From contig CAWCFX010000006.1 of assembly GCA_963795085.1 (NCBI GenBank), positions 768,001 to 832,000 of the forward strand: a stretch of DNA of 64,000 nt, written 5' to 3'. The notes under the pieces were generated by a model. It ran no database searches. It was not told the origin of the DNA and saw nothing but the letters and a program-made list of their open reading frames with translations. This DNA is from an uncultured Gemmatimonadales bacterium (lineage in GTDB: Bacteria; Gemmatimonadota; Gemmatimonadetes; Gemmatimonadales; GWC2-71-9). The translations under genes were made by a program, and so were the position numbers. Positions 9,801 through 19,126 of the stretch are shown piece after piece (the first letter of the stretch is position 1; every line of letters begins with the position of its first letter).

Positions 9801-11636
9801 ATGTATCGCATTCGACTCGCTTCGGGCGCCGAGACGACCTACCACAGCATCGACGAGCTGACCTCCGCCCTGCAGGGTGGCGAGGTCACCGCGGAGGCCT
9901 TGATCTACCACCAGCGGGCAGACCGCTGGCTCACGATTACCAACCATCCCCACTACAAGATCGCGATGACCCGGGCCACCGGCGAGCACCCGGCCGGGAG
10001 CCGCCCCGTTCCCTCAGCCCAGCCCGATGCCGGGAAGCGGCAGGTCATTGCGGCCATCCGGCCTTCGGGATCGCACGTGCCACCCACCCGGGTCCAGGGC
10101 CGGCCGGAAGTGCCTCCGACGGCGATCCGAGACAAGCTCTTCGAGGTGGTGGCCGAGATGGAGAAGGCGAACCAGCCGAAGGCGGCACCCCGCAAGCTCA
10201 GCATTCCAGCGCCCCGGAAACCGGATAACAGCGGGCTCAGAGCCCACGAGAATGTCCTCGAAGGTGTGGTGGTGGACCGGCTGGCTGCTCCGGCTCCAAC
10301 TCCTCCGGCACCCGTTTCTCCGGCCGCGCCGGTTTCCAGGACCACGGTGCTGCCGATCCGTGCCGCGAAGCCGCCGGCCCCCGAAACCCCCTCCGTGCCC
10401 GATCTCGGCGATGGCCTCGACCTGGTCGAAGAACCCATCGCGGCGGAGCCGATGGCGGCTCCCCCGCAGCGGGTGAGCGGAGCCACCCCACAGGTGGACC
10501 GGCTGCTGGAGCTGCTGGAACCGGCCCCGAAGCCCGCACCGGAAGTGGCGCCCCGGACCTCGCGGGAACTGAAGTTGATTGACCCGGGTACCCCCTCGGA
10601 TATCGAGCCGGCGGCCGTTCTCGCCGCCGAACCGGAGATCGTGGAGCAGGCACCGGAACCGGAGCCATACCAGGTTCCTGCCCACCTGACCTATCGGCGG
10701 AGACGGCGGGAAAAGAAAGCGGTCATGGTGGCGGCGGCCGTGGCGCTCGTCGCCGTGGGGACGTTCTTCTGGAAGCCCTGGGCCAGTGCTACCGAGCGGG
10801 GCGCCGAAGGCGCGGTCATGGCGTCCCTGCCCCGGACCGAGGCGTTTGGCGGGTCATCCTCCAGTCCGGTTCCGCCGCCTGCGTACGCCGAGACCCCGGC
10901 CGAGAGGGCCGCCCCGGCACCGGCAATTGTCGCCCCTACTGTGGGGGAGCGCCCGATCGATAGCGCCCCTTCGATTATTCGGGTGGTGGCCCCCCGAAAC
11001 ATGGGCGTTCCGCCCACACCCAGCCTGGAGGCCAGCAACATCAGCGCTCCGACCCAGCGGGAGAGCGCGGGCGCCCTGATCCAGCGGTACAACGCGGCCT
11101 ACAACGAGGCCCGCTCGGAGCTGGAGTTGCGGATGCTCCAGGTCGGATTCACCCAGATATTCCTTCGCTCCCGCCTGAGTACTGCCGCGGGAATCCAGGA
11201 CACCCGCCGCCTGATCGCCTCCGCGAGTGGTGCCCTGCGCCAGTACCGAGGGGATGAGAGCCGGATCGAACGAGCCTACCAGGACACCATAGGGGTTGCC
11301 GGCCGGAAGGTGGGCTGGGGACCCCGCGACCTGGGGACCTGGAATGCCAAGCCCGGCCAGCAAGAGAGCGGCGAGACCCTCCGGCTCACCAACCTCATGC
11401 TGAGCCAGATGGACAGCACCTTCAGCCTCCTGGCGAATCAGATCGGCAAATACCGCATCACCGGTGAAGCCATCGTCTTCGACGACCCGGATGCCGCTCG
11501 GCAATACGGCGCCCTCCGGGGGTGGCTCAACCAGCAGGCCGACAAGTACTCCGGCTCCGGCGACGCGCTGCCGGCCACCCTGCGCCAGGTGGTCAAGGCG
11601 ATCGGGGCGACCAGGCTGCCGGCGGAGAAGCGCTAG
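9801..11636 (+). CDS. Hypothetical bitopic membrane protein: small N-terminal domain (GYF_2-like), Pro/Ala-rich linker, TM helix, C-terminal helical domain
   Basis: Long ORF. Probable start MYRIRLASG; TM segment VMVAAAVALVAVGTFFW preceded by RRRRREKK. Confidence 0.65.
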   Translation: MYRIRLASGAETTYHSIDELTSALQGGEVTAEALIYHQRADRWLTITNHPHYKIAMTRATGEHPAGSRPVPSAQPDAGKRQVIAAIRPSGSHVPPTRVQGRPEVPPTAIRDKLFEVVAEMEKANQPKAAPRKLSIPAPRKPDNSGLRAHENVLEGVVVDRLAAPAPTPPAPVSPAAPVSRTTVLPIRAAKPPAPETPSVPDLGDGLDLVEEPIAAEPMAAPPQRVSGATPQVDRLLELLEPAPKPAPEVAPRTSRELKLIDPGTPSDIEPAAVLAAEPEIVEQAPEPEPYQVPAHLTYRRRRREKKAVMVAAAVALVAVGTFFWKPWASATERGAEGAVMASLPRTEAFGGSSSSPVPPPAYAETPAERAAPAPAIVAPTVGERPIDSAPSIIRVVAPRNMGVPPTPSLEASNISAPTQRESAGALIQRYNAAYNEARSELELRMLQVGFTQIFLRSRLSTAAGIQDTRRLIASASGALRQYRGDESRIERAYQDTIGVAGRKVGWGPRDLGTWNAKPGQQESGETLRLTNLMLSQMDSTFSLLANQIGKYRITGEAIVFDDPDAARQYGALRGWLNQQADKYSGSGDALPATLRQVVKAIGATRLPAEKR

Positions 11637-11725
11637 AATCGAGGGCGGTAGAAACAGGGCGGGAGGAAACAGAAACGACCCCGTAACTCGGGGCCGTTGA
11701 TTATTCATTGGTGACTCGAAATCGC

Positions 11726-11923
11726 TTAGCTCTGTTCCTTCCGCTTCGCCTTGCGGCGGCGGCGGGCGGCTTCAGCGGACTTGAGATTCCGGGCTTCGCC
11801 CGGCTTCACGTAATAGCGATACTTGCGCAGATCCCGCAGGATGCCGGACCGGACCATCTTGCGCTTGAAGGTCTTGAGCGCCCACTCAATGCTGTCGTTC
11901 TCGCCGAGAGTAACTTCGATCAT
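11726..11923 (-). CDS. rpsU: 30S ribosomal protein bS21
   Basis: ENDSIEWALKTFKRK..GILRDLRKYRYYVKP, basic C-terminus; AGGAG RBS. Confidence 0.93.
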   Translation of the reverse strand: MIEVTLGENDSIEWALKTFKRKMVRSGILRDLRKYRYYVKPGEARNLKSAEAARRRRKAKRKEQS

Positions 11924-11947
11924 TGCTTCTCCTGGGGGTGCGGAACA

Positions 11948-11973
11948 AGCCGGCGCTCGATTGAGCGCCGGCT
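11948..11973. terminator. GC-rich hairpin between csp and rpsU (no strong U tract; pause, processing or weak terminator site)
   Basis: AGCCGGCGCTC-GATT-GAGCGCCGGCT, perfect 11-bp stem. Confidence 0.45.
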
Positions 11974-11980
11974 CGCTGGT

Positions 11981-12187
11981 TTACACCTTCCGAACGTTCT
12001 CCGCCGCCGGGCCCTTCTGGCCCTGCACAACGTCAAACTCGACCTTGTCACCCTCGGAGAGGGACTTGAAGCCCTCGCCCTGGATGGCAGAGTGGTGGAC
12101 GAAACAGTCCTTCTGACCGCCTTCGGGAGTGATGAAGCCAAAACCCTTGGCGTCATTGAACCATTTCACCGTGCCGGTGGTACGCAT
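11981..12187 (-). CDS. cspA: Cold-shock protein (CspA family)
   Basis: [15 protein letters not shown] (RNP1), FVHHSAI (RNP2), KGPAAENV. Confidence 0.96.
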   Translation of the reverse strand: MRTTGTVKWFNDAKGFGFITPEGGQKDCFVHHSAIQGEGFKSLSEGDKVEFDVVQGQKGPAAENVRKV

Positions 12188-12368
12188 TGCCTAACTCCTT
12201 GATGTGTTGTCGGAGTCCGGAATGACCGTACCTGCCGACATATGTTCGCGGACTATGCCCCCGCGCTGGGCTTGCCGGCTATGACTGCGGCCGACGACTT
12301 CGGGTCAAAAAGGGGACCGGCCGGAGCCAAGCCCCCTTTACAATTCAGATGATATCTGAAGCGGGCAG

Positions 12369-12397
12369 AAGCTACCGTGCAGGCAGGCTAAAGTCAA
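12369..12397 (-). promoter_or_regulatory. Sigma70-type promoter of csp-rpsU, giving a leader of about 175 nt
   Basis: Minus strand TTGACT-17 nt-TAGCTT. Confidence 0.6.
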
Positions 12398-12411
12398 TAG
12401 TAGTGCGGGAT

Positions 12412-13098
12412 TCAGGGATTAGCGCAGGGGCCGGCCAGGTCCCCGATCCAACGGCCAACCACGCTGGCCATCTCGGTTTGGGCGTCCTCGTCGGTCCGCC
12501 CGGAGCGACGGGGAAGGTGAAACGAGTGGTCCCCACCCTCGACGACGTGGACTGTCGCCCGGGGCCCCAGGCCATCCGATACCCCCTTCATCAGGGCCAG
12601 GTCGGCCAGGGAATCCCGGGTGCCCTGGATAAAGAGCAGGGGGACGGTAACCAGCGGCAGATGATCCGCCCGCGCGGTGCCGGGGTTCTTCGGGGGGTGC
12701 AGGGGGAAGCCGAAGAACACCAACCCCCGAACCCCGGCCAGGGCCTCTTTGGCGGCGGCGCCGCTGGTCATCCGGCCTCCCATGGACTTTCCCCCGGCGA
12801 ACAGGGGCAGGCCAGAGGCGACCTCCGCACCGGCGGCGACGGCGGCCCGCACCGTGGCCTCGAGCAGGGGCGGGCGATCCGGCTGGCGCCGGCCCTGGTC
12901 CATATATGGGAACTGGTATCGGAGGGTGCCCACCCCCTCCCCAGCCAGCCGCACCGCCAGGGCCTCCATGAAGGGGTGGCGCATGCCCGCGCCGGCCCCG
13001 TGGGCAAGGACCAGCAGGGCACCGGCCGGCTCCGGCATATGGAGAATGGCGGACACCCTTCCAGCCCTGGTCCCGGTCTCGATGGTCAGATCCCTCAT
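12412..13098 (-). CDS. Alpha/beta hydrolase (KANL3/Tex30-like, dienelactone-hydrolase related)
   Basis: LAHGAGAGM, GGKSMGGR, GFPLHPP, QGTRD, GGDHSF. ATGA overlap with the ligD stop. Confidence 0.88.
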   Translation of the reverse strand: MRDLTIETGTRAGRVSAILHMPEPAGALLVLAHGAGAGMRHPFMEALAVRLAGEGVGTLRYQFPYMDQGRRQPDRPPLLEATVRAAVAAGAEVASGLPLFAGGKSMGGRMTSGAAAKEALAGVRGLVFFGFPLHPPKNPGTARADHLPLVTVPLLFIQGTRDSLADLALMKGVSDGLGPRATVHVVEGGDHSFHLPRRSGRTDEDAQTEMASVVGRWIGDLAGPCANP

Positions 13099-15152
13099 GC
13101 AAGCTCCTCCTGCAGCGCGGCCAGCGCGCTCCCCAGGTCCGGCGTGGTGGCAATGATCGGAAGCAGCGGATCCTCTCCCAGCGACCGCATCCGGTCCACC
13201 GCGTTCCTGATAGTAAAGCTGCGAATATCGAGGGCGCCATTGACCTCGCTCCAGCGGAGCGGCATGGACACCGGCGCCCCGGCCAGCGGCCGTACGCTGT
13301 AGGGCGAGACCAGCAGCTTGCCGTGCCCGTTCTGGAGGAAATCCACGTACACCTTGCCGCCCCGCCTGTTCACCGCGCGGGTGATAGTGGCCACCCGGGG
13401 AACCATCTTGACCAGCGCCTGGGCCAGGATTTCGCCCATGGCCCGGGCCTGGTCGTGGGTGAACTGGCGAGCCAGCGGAATCATCACGTGGAGTCCCGAA
13501 GACCCCGTCGTCTTGATGAACGCCGGCAACCCGATCCGCTGGCAGAGCGACTGCGCGGCCTGGGCCACCTCCACCACGTGGGCGAAGGGCGCGTCCTTGG
13601 GATCAAGGTCCAGGCTGCACCAGTCGGGGTGGGTAATGGCGGGGAGCCGGCTGGCCCAGATATGCAGCGGAATGGCGGCCATGTTGGCCAGGTAGCGCAG
13701 GCCGTCAATGCCGTCCACGACGAAGTAATCGATATCCCGTTCGGCATGGGCGCTCCACATCCGTTCGGTGCGGAGATACTCCCGGGCATAGTCCGGCGCG
13801 TCTTTCTGAAAAAAGGACTTGCCGTGGATGCCGTCGGGAAACCGGGTGAGGACGACCGGCCTCTGGTCCAGGTAAGGCAGCAGCCAGGGCGCGACGGCGC
13901 CGTAGTAGTCGATCAGGTCCCCCTTGGTGAGGCCGTCTTCCGGCCAGAAGACCTTGTCCCGATTGCTGACTTTCAGCGCGGACCGTCCGGTCGCGTGGGC
14001 CGCCGGGGCGCGTTTCGGGGGCGGGGCCAGCGCCGGGGCAGCCGACACCGCCGGGGCGCCGATCTGGCGAACGCACTCGTCGGGCGGCTTGTCGTCACGA
14101 AAGCGGAGAAAGGCAGGCTGCCGGAGGTAGCCCTCGTCGGTCAGTTCCTTGAACCGCACCTCGGCCACCATCTCCGGCTGCACCCAGGTGGCGGTGCGAA
14201 AGTCGGGAACCGAGCGGAGCGGTATGGTTCCCTCCGTTGCCCCCGGCGGGACGGGGCCCTCGCATGGCGGTGTCTTTCGTTCCAGCCGGTCCAGTTCCCG
14301 GCGCACCTCCGTAAGCTGCCGGGCGTTGAAACCGGTCCCCACCCGGCCGGCATACACCAGCCGCCCCGCCACGTACTGCCCCACGTGGAGCGCCCCGAAT
14401 CCTTGCCGGGAGCCCTTGGGCTGGGTGTACCCCACCACCACGAAATCGTCGGTCTGGTCGGCCCTGATCTTGAGCCAGTTGGGCGAGCGCCCTCCGCGAT
14501 AGGCACACTCGGCTTTCTTGGCCACGATCCCTTCCAGCCCCAGTTTGACGGCATGCTCGAACAACGGCACGCCCAGGCCCTCGAAATGGTCGAGATACCG
14601 GATGGTGCCATCCCCGGGAACCAGTTTTCGAAGGAACTCCTTGCGGGCCAGGAGCGGCAGCGGGCGCAGGTCGAGACCGGCGAAGCCCAGCAGGTCAAAC
14701 GCGAAAAAAATAGTGGGCCACTTTCGGGACGCGCGTCCCACCTCGAGGGACTTGGCGAGCTTGCCTCGCTGCTGCAGCCGCTGGAAACTGGGCCTCCCGC
14801 GCTGGTCCATGGCTACCACCTCGCCATCCAGCACCAGGTCCTCCCCCGGCAAATCGGCCATCGCGGCCACGACCTCGGGGAAGCTGCCGGCCAGGTCGTT
14901 CCCGTTCCGGCTGAGCAGCTGGACGCTGCCCCCGGTCCGGCCGGCCAGCAGCCGGTAGCCATCCAGCTTGATCTCAAAGACCCACCCCTCCCGGTCAAAG
15001 GCACGGGGATGCACCTCCGCCAGCATCATGTCGACGGCGACAGGATCAACAGGCTGGCGGATCGCCCCGGCGGCGAGCGCTTCCCGCTCGAGTTCACCGG
15101 CGGACCCGGGGGGACGCTTCTTCACGCGGGGCGAACCCGGGAGGCCATCCAC
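13095..15152 (-). CDS. ligD: DNA ligase D (ligase + primase/polymerase domains, no phosphoesterase domain)
   Basis: EIKLDGYR, LDGEVV, FAFDLL, EGIVAKK, WLKIR; POL domain NRDKVFWP, TKGDLIDYY, LTRFPDGI, DLDP, KTTGSSGLH, DFLQN, PYSVR. Confidence 0.95.
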   Translation of the reverse strand: MDGLPGSPRVKKRPPGSAGELEREALAAGAIRQPVDPVAVDMMLAEVHPRAFDREGWVFEIKLDGYRLLAGRTGGSVQLLSRNGNDLAGSFPEVVAAMADLPGEDLVLDGEVVAMDQRGRPSFQRLQQRGKLAKSLEVGRASRKWPTIFFAFDLLGFAGLDLRPLPLLARKEFLRKLVPGDGTIRYLDHFEGLGVPLFEHAVKLGLEGIVAKKAECAYRGGRSPNWLKIRADQTDDFVVVGYTQPKGSRQGFGALHVGQYVAGRLVYAGRVGTGFNARQLTEVRRELDRLERKTPPCEGPVPPGATEGTIPLRSVPDFRTATWVQPEMVAEVRFKELTDEGYLRQPAFLRFRDDKPPDECVRQIGAPAVSAAPALAPPPKRAPAAHATGRSALKVSNRDKVFWPEDGLTKGDLIDYYGAVAPWLLPYLDQRPVVLTRFPDGIHGKSFFQKDAPDYAREYLRTERMWSAHAERDIDYFVVDGIDGLRYLANMAAIPLHIWASRLPAITHPDWCSLDLDPKDAPFAHVVEVAQAAQSLCQRIGLPAFIKTTGSSGLHVMIPLARQFTHDQARAMGEILAQALVKMVPRVATITRAVNRRGGKVYVDFLQNGHGKLLVSPYSVRPLAGAPVSMPLRWSEVNGALDIRSFTIRNAVDRMRSLGEDPLLPIIATTPDLGSALAALQEELA

Positions 15153-15223
15153 TGGACCGACATGGAGGATCTACTCCGTTGCAGGATGGTGAGTTACATC
15201 ACCCGTACCTAACCTAATCTCTA

Positions 15224-15253
15224 TTGACGCGCCGCCTGCAGGGCCGATATAGT
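15224..15253 (+). promoter_or_regulatory. Sigma70-type promoter of ku
   Basis: TTGACG-18 nt-TATAGT, 30 nt upstream of the ku ATG. Confidence 0.55.
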
Positions 15254-15282
15254 ACGATTCCCCTTCCCTCAGGCAGCAGGCC

Positions 15283-16170
15283 ATGGCCGCACGTCCAATC
15301 GCATCCGCCAACATTTCCTTCGGGCTCGTTTCCGTCCCGGTGAAGCTCTATTCCGCCGCCGAGTCCTCGGCCAATGTGAGCTTCAACTGGCTGCACACCA
15401 AGTGCGGCACCCGGCTGCGGCAGCAGTATTTCTGCCCCACCGACGACGAAGTGGTCGGCAAGGACGAGATGGTCAAGGGCTACGAGTTCTCCAAGGGCCA
15501 GTACGTGCTGTTCAACCCGGAGGAGATCAAGGCGCTGGAGGAAAAAGCGACCAATTCGATTGATATCGCCGAGTTCGTGCCCATCGAAAAGGTGGAGCGG
15601 GTCTATCTCGAGAAAGTGTACTACCTGGGGCCGGACAAGGGCGGCGAGAAAGCCTATCGCCTGCTGGGTGAGGCGCTCAAGGACTCGAAGCGCGCGGCCC
15701 TGGGCCAGTACGCCGCCCGCGGCAAGCAGAACCTGATCCTGGTCTATCCCCAGGACGGCCGGCTGGTGATGGAACAGCTGCACTACGCGAACGAGGTGCG
15801 GAAGCCCAGCGAGGTGGACATTCCCGACACCCCGGTGAAGCCGGCCGAGCTGGCGCTGGCCCGGCAGCTGATCGAGCAGGGGGCGACCGAAGAGTTCAAC
15901 CCCGAGGCCTATCACGACCAGGTCCGGGACCGGGTACTCGAGAGCATCCAGCAGAAGGTCGAAGGCAAGGAAATCACGGCCGAGCCGGAACAGGCGCCGG
16001 AAACCAAGGTCCTCGACCTCATGGAGGCGCTGAAGGCGAGCCTGGGGAAAGCCAGCAGCGGCGTTCGACCGGCCCGGGAATCGAAACCGGCCAAGCGCGG
16101 TGGCAAGAAAGAGGCGGAGCCGGAAGCGCCGGCGAAGGCCACCGCCAAGAAGAAGCGCAAAGCATCGTAG
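15283..16170 (+). CDS. ku: Non-homologous end-joining protein Ku
   Basis: ISFGLVSVPVKLY, MVKGYE, YYLGP, AYRLL, LDLMEALKASL, basic tail. Confidence 0.96.
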   Translation: MAARPIASANISFGLVSVPVKLYSAAESSANVSFNWLHTKCGTRLRQQYFCPTDDEVVGKDEMVKGYEFSKGQYVLFNPEEIKALEEKATNSIDIAEFVPIEKVERVYLEKVYYLGPDKGGEKAYRLLGEALKDSKRAALGQYAARGKQNLILVYPQDGRLVMEQLHYANEVRKPSEVDIPDTPVKPAELALARQLIEQGATEEFNPEAYHDQVRDRVLESIQQKVEGKEITAEPEQAPETKVLDLMEALKASLGKASSGVRPARESKPAKRGGKKEAEPEAPAKATAKKKRKAS

Positions 16171-16200
16171 GGGCGAAATACCGTCGCCCTCGCTCGGGCT

Positions 16201-16968
16201 ATGAAGGTCTATTCATCCAGAGAAGTCGCCGGACTCCTGGGGATGTCGGTCCCGCAGGTTCGCGCGCAGGCGCGCGCGGGATTCCTGCGCCCTGAACGGG
16301 GACCGCGACGGGCCTATCGCTTTTCCTTCCAGGACCTGTTTCTCCTTCGCAGCGCGAAGTCCCTGGCCGAAGCGCGAATTCCGTCCCGCCGGGTGCGGCG
16401 GGCGCTCCGCCGGCTCCGCACCCAGCTCCCCCGGGATCGCTCGCTGACCGAGATCAGAATCACGGCGGAGAATGGCCGGATCGTGGTTCGGGATGGCGGG
16501 TCCATCTGGAATCCCGACTCCGGGCAGTTTCAACTCGAGTTCAAATCCCAGCGCCGCGGCAGTCCACCCAAGGCGCCCAAACCGGCGGCCCGGCGGCCCT
16601 CGAAATCGGATCCGGCCGATCACTACGTAGCCCAGGGCCGCCGGCTCTACGAGGCCAACGAAGTCAGCGACGCCGCCTCCTGCTATCGGAAAGCGCTGGC
16701 CATCAAGCGGCACCATCCGGCGGCAGCATTCCAGCTCGGCGTGGCGCTGGAGGACCTGGGCAAGGTGAAGGAGGCAATTGACGCGTACATTCGGGCGGTG
16801 GAGAGCGATCCGTATTTCGCAGACGCCCACTACAACCTGGCGAAGCTGTACGAGAAGGCGGGAAAAAAGTCGGCGGCCCGGCGGCACTTGAAATCCTATC
16901 GAGAGCTATCCGTCCGACCAGGGAAATCAAAGGCCAGGCGGAGTCATCCTGAGAGTCCCCGACCGTAG
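16201..16968 (+). CDS. MerR-like HTH + TPR protein
   Basis: YSSREVAGLLG..YRFSFQDL N-terminal domain; TPR-like AAFQLGVALEDLG, FADAHYNLAKLYE. Confidence 0.8.
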   Translation: MKVYSSREVAGLLGMSVPQVRAQARAGFLRPERGPRRAYRFSFQDLFLLRSAKSLAEARIPSRRVRRALRRLRTQLPRDRSLTEIRITAENGRIVVRDGGSIWNPDSGQFQLEFKSQRRGSPPKAPKPAARRPSKSDPADHYVAQGRRLYEANEVSDAASCYRKALAIKRHHPAAAFQLGVALEDLGKVKEAIDAYIRAVESDPYFADAHYNLAKLYEKAGKKSAARRHLKSYRELSVRPGKSKARRSHPESPRP

Positions 16969-17191
16969 CGCGGGGTCCCGAAGGAGCCCGGTTCTTCGAT
17001 GGTTTGAGCCCATGTTGAAGGGTTGTCCAGCGTAAGAGATGGAAAGAGAACGGCTCCCTTCACGATATATTTCGCCACCAGTGACTTGAGATCATCGGCA
17101 TGACGACGGGGTTCCTTCGGTCCCTTGCGCTTCACTACCGGTCCCTCAGGATGAATCCGATGCCAGGCTCCATGCCGCTGCCTCCAACACA

Positions 17192-17911
17192 ATGATCATT
17201 TCCATCGGGATGTCGGGCTACAGCTACAAGGAATGGAAGCCCAACTTCTATCCCGCGGACCTCAAGGCGGACCGGATGCTGGAGTTTTACGCCCAGCGAT
17301 TCGAGACGGTGGAGATCAACAACACCTTCTACCGCATGCCGACCGAGAAGGTTTTGATGCAGTGGGCCGCGGAGGTCCCGCCGGGGTTTGTGTTCGGGCT
17401 CAAGGCGCCGCGCCGTATCACCCATATGAACCGGCTGCGGGACTGCGCCGAGAGCCTCGAGTATTTCATGCGCACCGCCAGCTGCCTGGGTGAGCGGCTG
17501 GGTCCCACCCTGTTCCAGCTGCCTCCCAATTTCAAGAAGGACCTGCCCCTCCTCCAGGAGTTCCTGGCCATGGTTCCCCGGCGGTGGGTGAGCGCGTTCG
17601 AGTTCCGGCACCCGTCCTGGTTCGAGGACGAGGTGTACGAGACCCTGCGGGGGCATGACGTGGCGCTCTGCATTGTGGACGACGAGGACGGAGCGACCCC
17701 CGTGGTGGCGACCGCGGGCTTTGGATACCTGCGGCTTCGCCGGACCGACTACGCCCCGGGCGACCTGGAAGCCTGGGCCGGAAAGATGCGGGCGGAGCCG
17801 TGGGACCGGGCGTTTGCCTTCTTCAAGCATGAGGAGGACGGGGGGCGGGGGCCCCACATCGCCATGGATATGAAGACCGTCCTGGGCGGCGAGGGCCAGG
17901 CGGCATTGTGA
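17192..17911 (+). CDS. DUF72 (YecE-like) protein
   Basis: IGMSGYSY, TVEINNTFY, KAPRRITH, LFQLPP, EFRHPSW, YLRLR. Confidence 0.92.
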   Translation: MIISIGMSGYSYKEWKPNFYPADLKADRMLEFYAQRFETVEINNTFYRMPTEKVLMQWAAEVPPGFVFGLKAPRRITHMNRLRDCAESLEYFMRTASCLGERLGPTLFQLPPNFKKDLPLLQEFLAMVPRRWVSAFEFRHPSWFEDEVYETLRGHDVALCIVDDEDGATPVVATAGFGYLRLRRTDYAPGDLEAWAGKMRAEPWDRAFAFFKHEEDGGRGPHIAMDMKTVLGGEGQAAL

Positions 17912-17988
17912 CGGAGATCACCAAAGACTGCGTTCCAGGCCGTATATTGGGAGTCAGCAACCAACTATAACTTTTGCAAGAGGCGGGT

Positions 17989-18891
17989 ATGCGAGTGTTA
18001 CGAGCTGCGGCCATCGGCACCTTTTCTCTCCTGGCCTTCTCCGGATGCGACCAGAAGACCAAGCAGGAGAACGAAGCCCTGCGGCTCCAGGTGCAGGAGA
18101 TGGAGACTATCTCGGCGGAGAAGGACAGCATGCTGACCATGATGGTCACCAGCACGCAGTTGATGAACGAGATCAACAACGAGCTCAACAAGGTCAAGGA
18201 CCTGAAGACCGGGGTGGTGCCGGTGGCGGGTCCCGAGTCCGGCACGGTCGATACCGTGCGGGTGCAGGACTACCTGCTCGCCAAGGTGCGGGAGGTGACC
18301 GAGCGCGTGAATGACGCCGAGACCCGCCTGGCCGCCAGCCAGCGGCGGATCCGGGGCCTGACCCGCGAGGGTGACACCCTCAAGTCCAGCATCGCGGAGT
18401 TCCAGGCGACGGTGGCCCGCTTCCAGGCGATCATCGACACCCAGAAGGTCAACATCCTGTCGCTCACCACCCAGATCAACGAAATGCAGACCGCCAACGT
18501 CAAGCTGGTGGCCCGCACCGAATCCCTGAGCGGGACGGTCGATACCCTGGTGACCGAGCGGAACATGGTGTTTTACGTGATCGGCCGGAAGGACGACCTG
18601 GTACAGCGCGGGATCGCAACCGAAGAGGGGAGCAAGTTCCTGTTCTTTGGGGGTAAGTCTCTGCAGCCGGCCCGCCAGCTTGATGCGACCGCCTTCACCC
18701 AGTCGGACATGCGGGAGTTGACCACGATCGTCCTGCCCGATTCGACCAAAAAGTACAAGATTATCTCGAGGCAGAACCTGGCCGGTCTGGCGATCCAGCC
18801 GGAGGACGGCAAGTTCCGGGGCACCATCCAGATCGCCGATCCGGCGGTCTTCTGGGGGCCGGGCCGGTACCTGATCATCGTCCAGGATTAA
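17989..18891 (+). CDS. Hypothetical lipoprotein with long coiled coil and C-terminal beta domain
   Basis: Lipobox LAFSGC, heptad-rich middle, C-terminal FYVIG..DPAVFW..YLIIV. Confidence 0.75.
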   Translation: MRVLRAAAIGTFSLLAFSGCDQKTKQENEALRLQVQEMETISAEKDSMLTMMVTSTQLMNEINNELNKVKDLKTGVVPVAGPESGTVDTVRVQDYLLAKVREVTERVNDAETRLAASQRRIRGLTREGDTLKSSIAEFQATVARFQAIIDTQKVNILSLTTQINEMQTANVKLVARTESLSGTVDTLVTERNMVFYVIGRKDDLVQRGIATEEGSKFLFFGGKSLQPARQLDATAFTQSDMRELTTIVLPDSTKKYKIISRQNLAGLAIQPEDGKFRGTIQIADPAVFWGPGRYLIIVQD

Positions 18892-18950
18892 GGGGCCCTG
18901 GGGGCAAGGGGGCATAGGGCCCGCCGGTGAAGGCGGGACGCAATGGAGAA

Positions 18951-18986
18951 GGCAAAGGCCCATCGGTGAACGGTGGGCCTTTTGCC
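18951..18986 (+). terminator. Intrinsic terminator
   Basis: GGCAAAGGCCCATCG-GTGAA-CGGTGGGCCTTTTGCC. Confidence 0.7.
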
Positions 18987-19126
18987 TGCTGCCCCGGGCG
19001 ACGCCTCTAAGCGATTGCAGGACAGCTAGTTATGGCTGTCATTAAGGGACCGGGAATCCTGCGCGAAAATTGCGGTAACGCGGTCAGGCTCCTCATCCCT
19101 CACGTGACTGGACCACCGCAGCCTGC

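Noticed and set aside
15153..15282. PafBC-type motif in the ligD-ku intergenic region
   Set aside because: TGTCGG occurs on the minus strand but is not followed by TAnnnT at the required spacing; ku has an ordinary -35/-10 promoter
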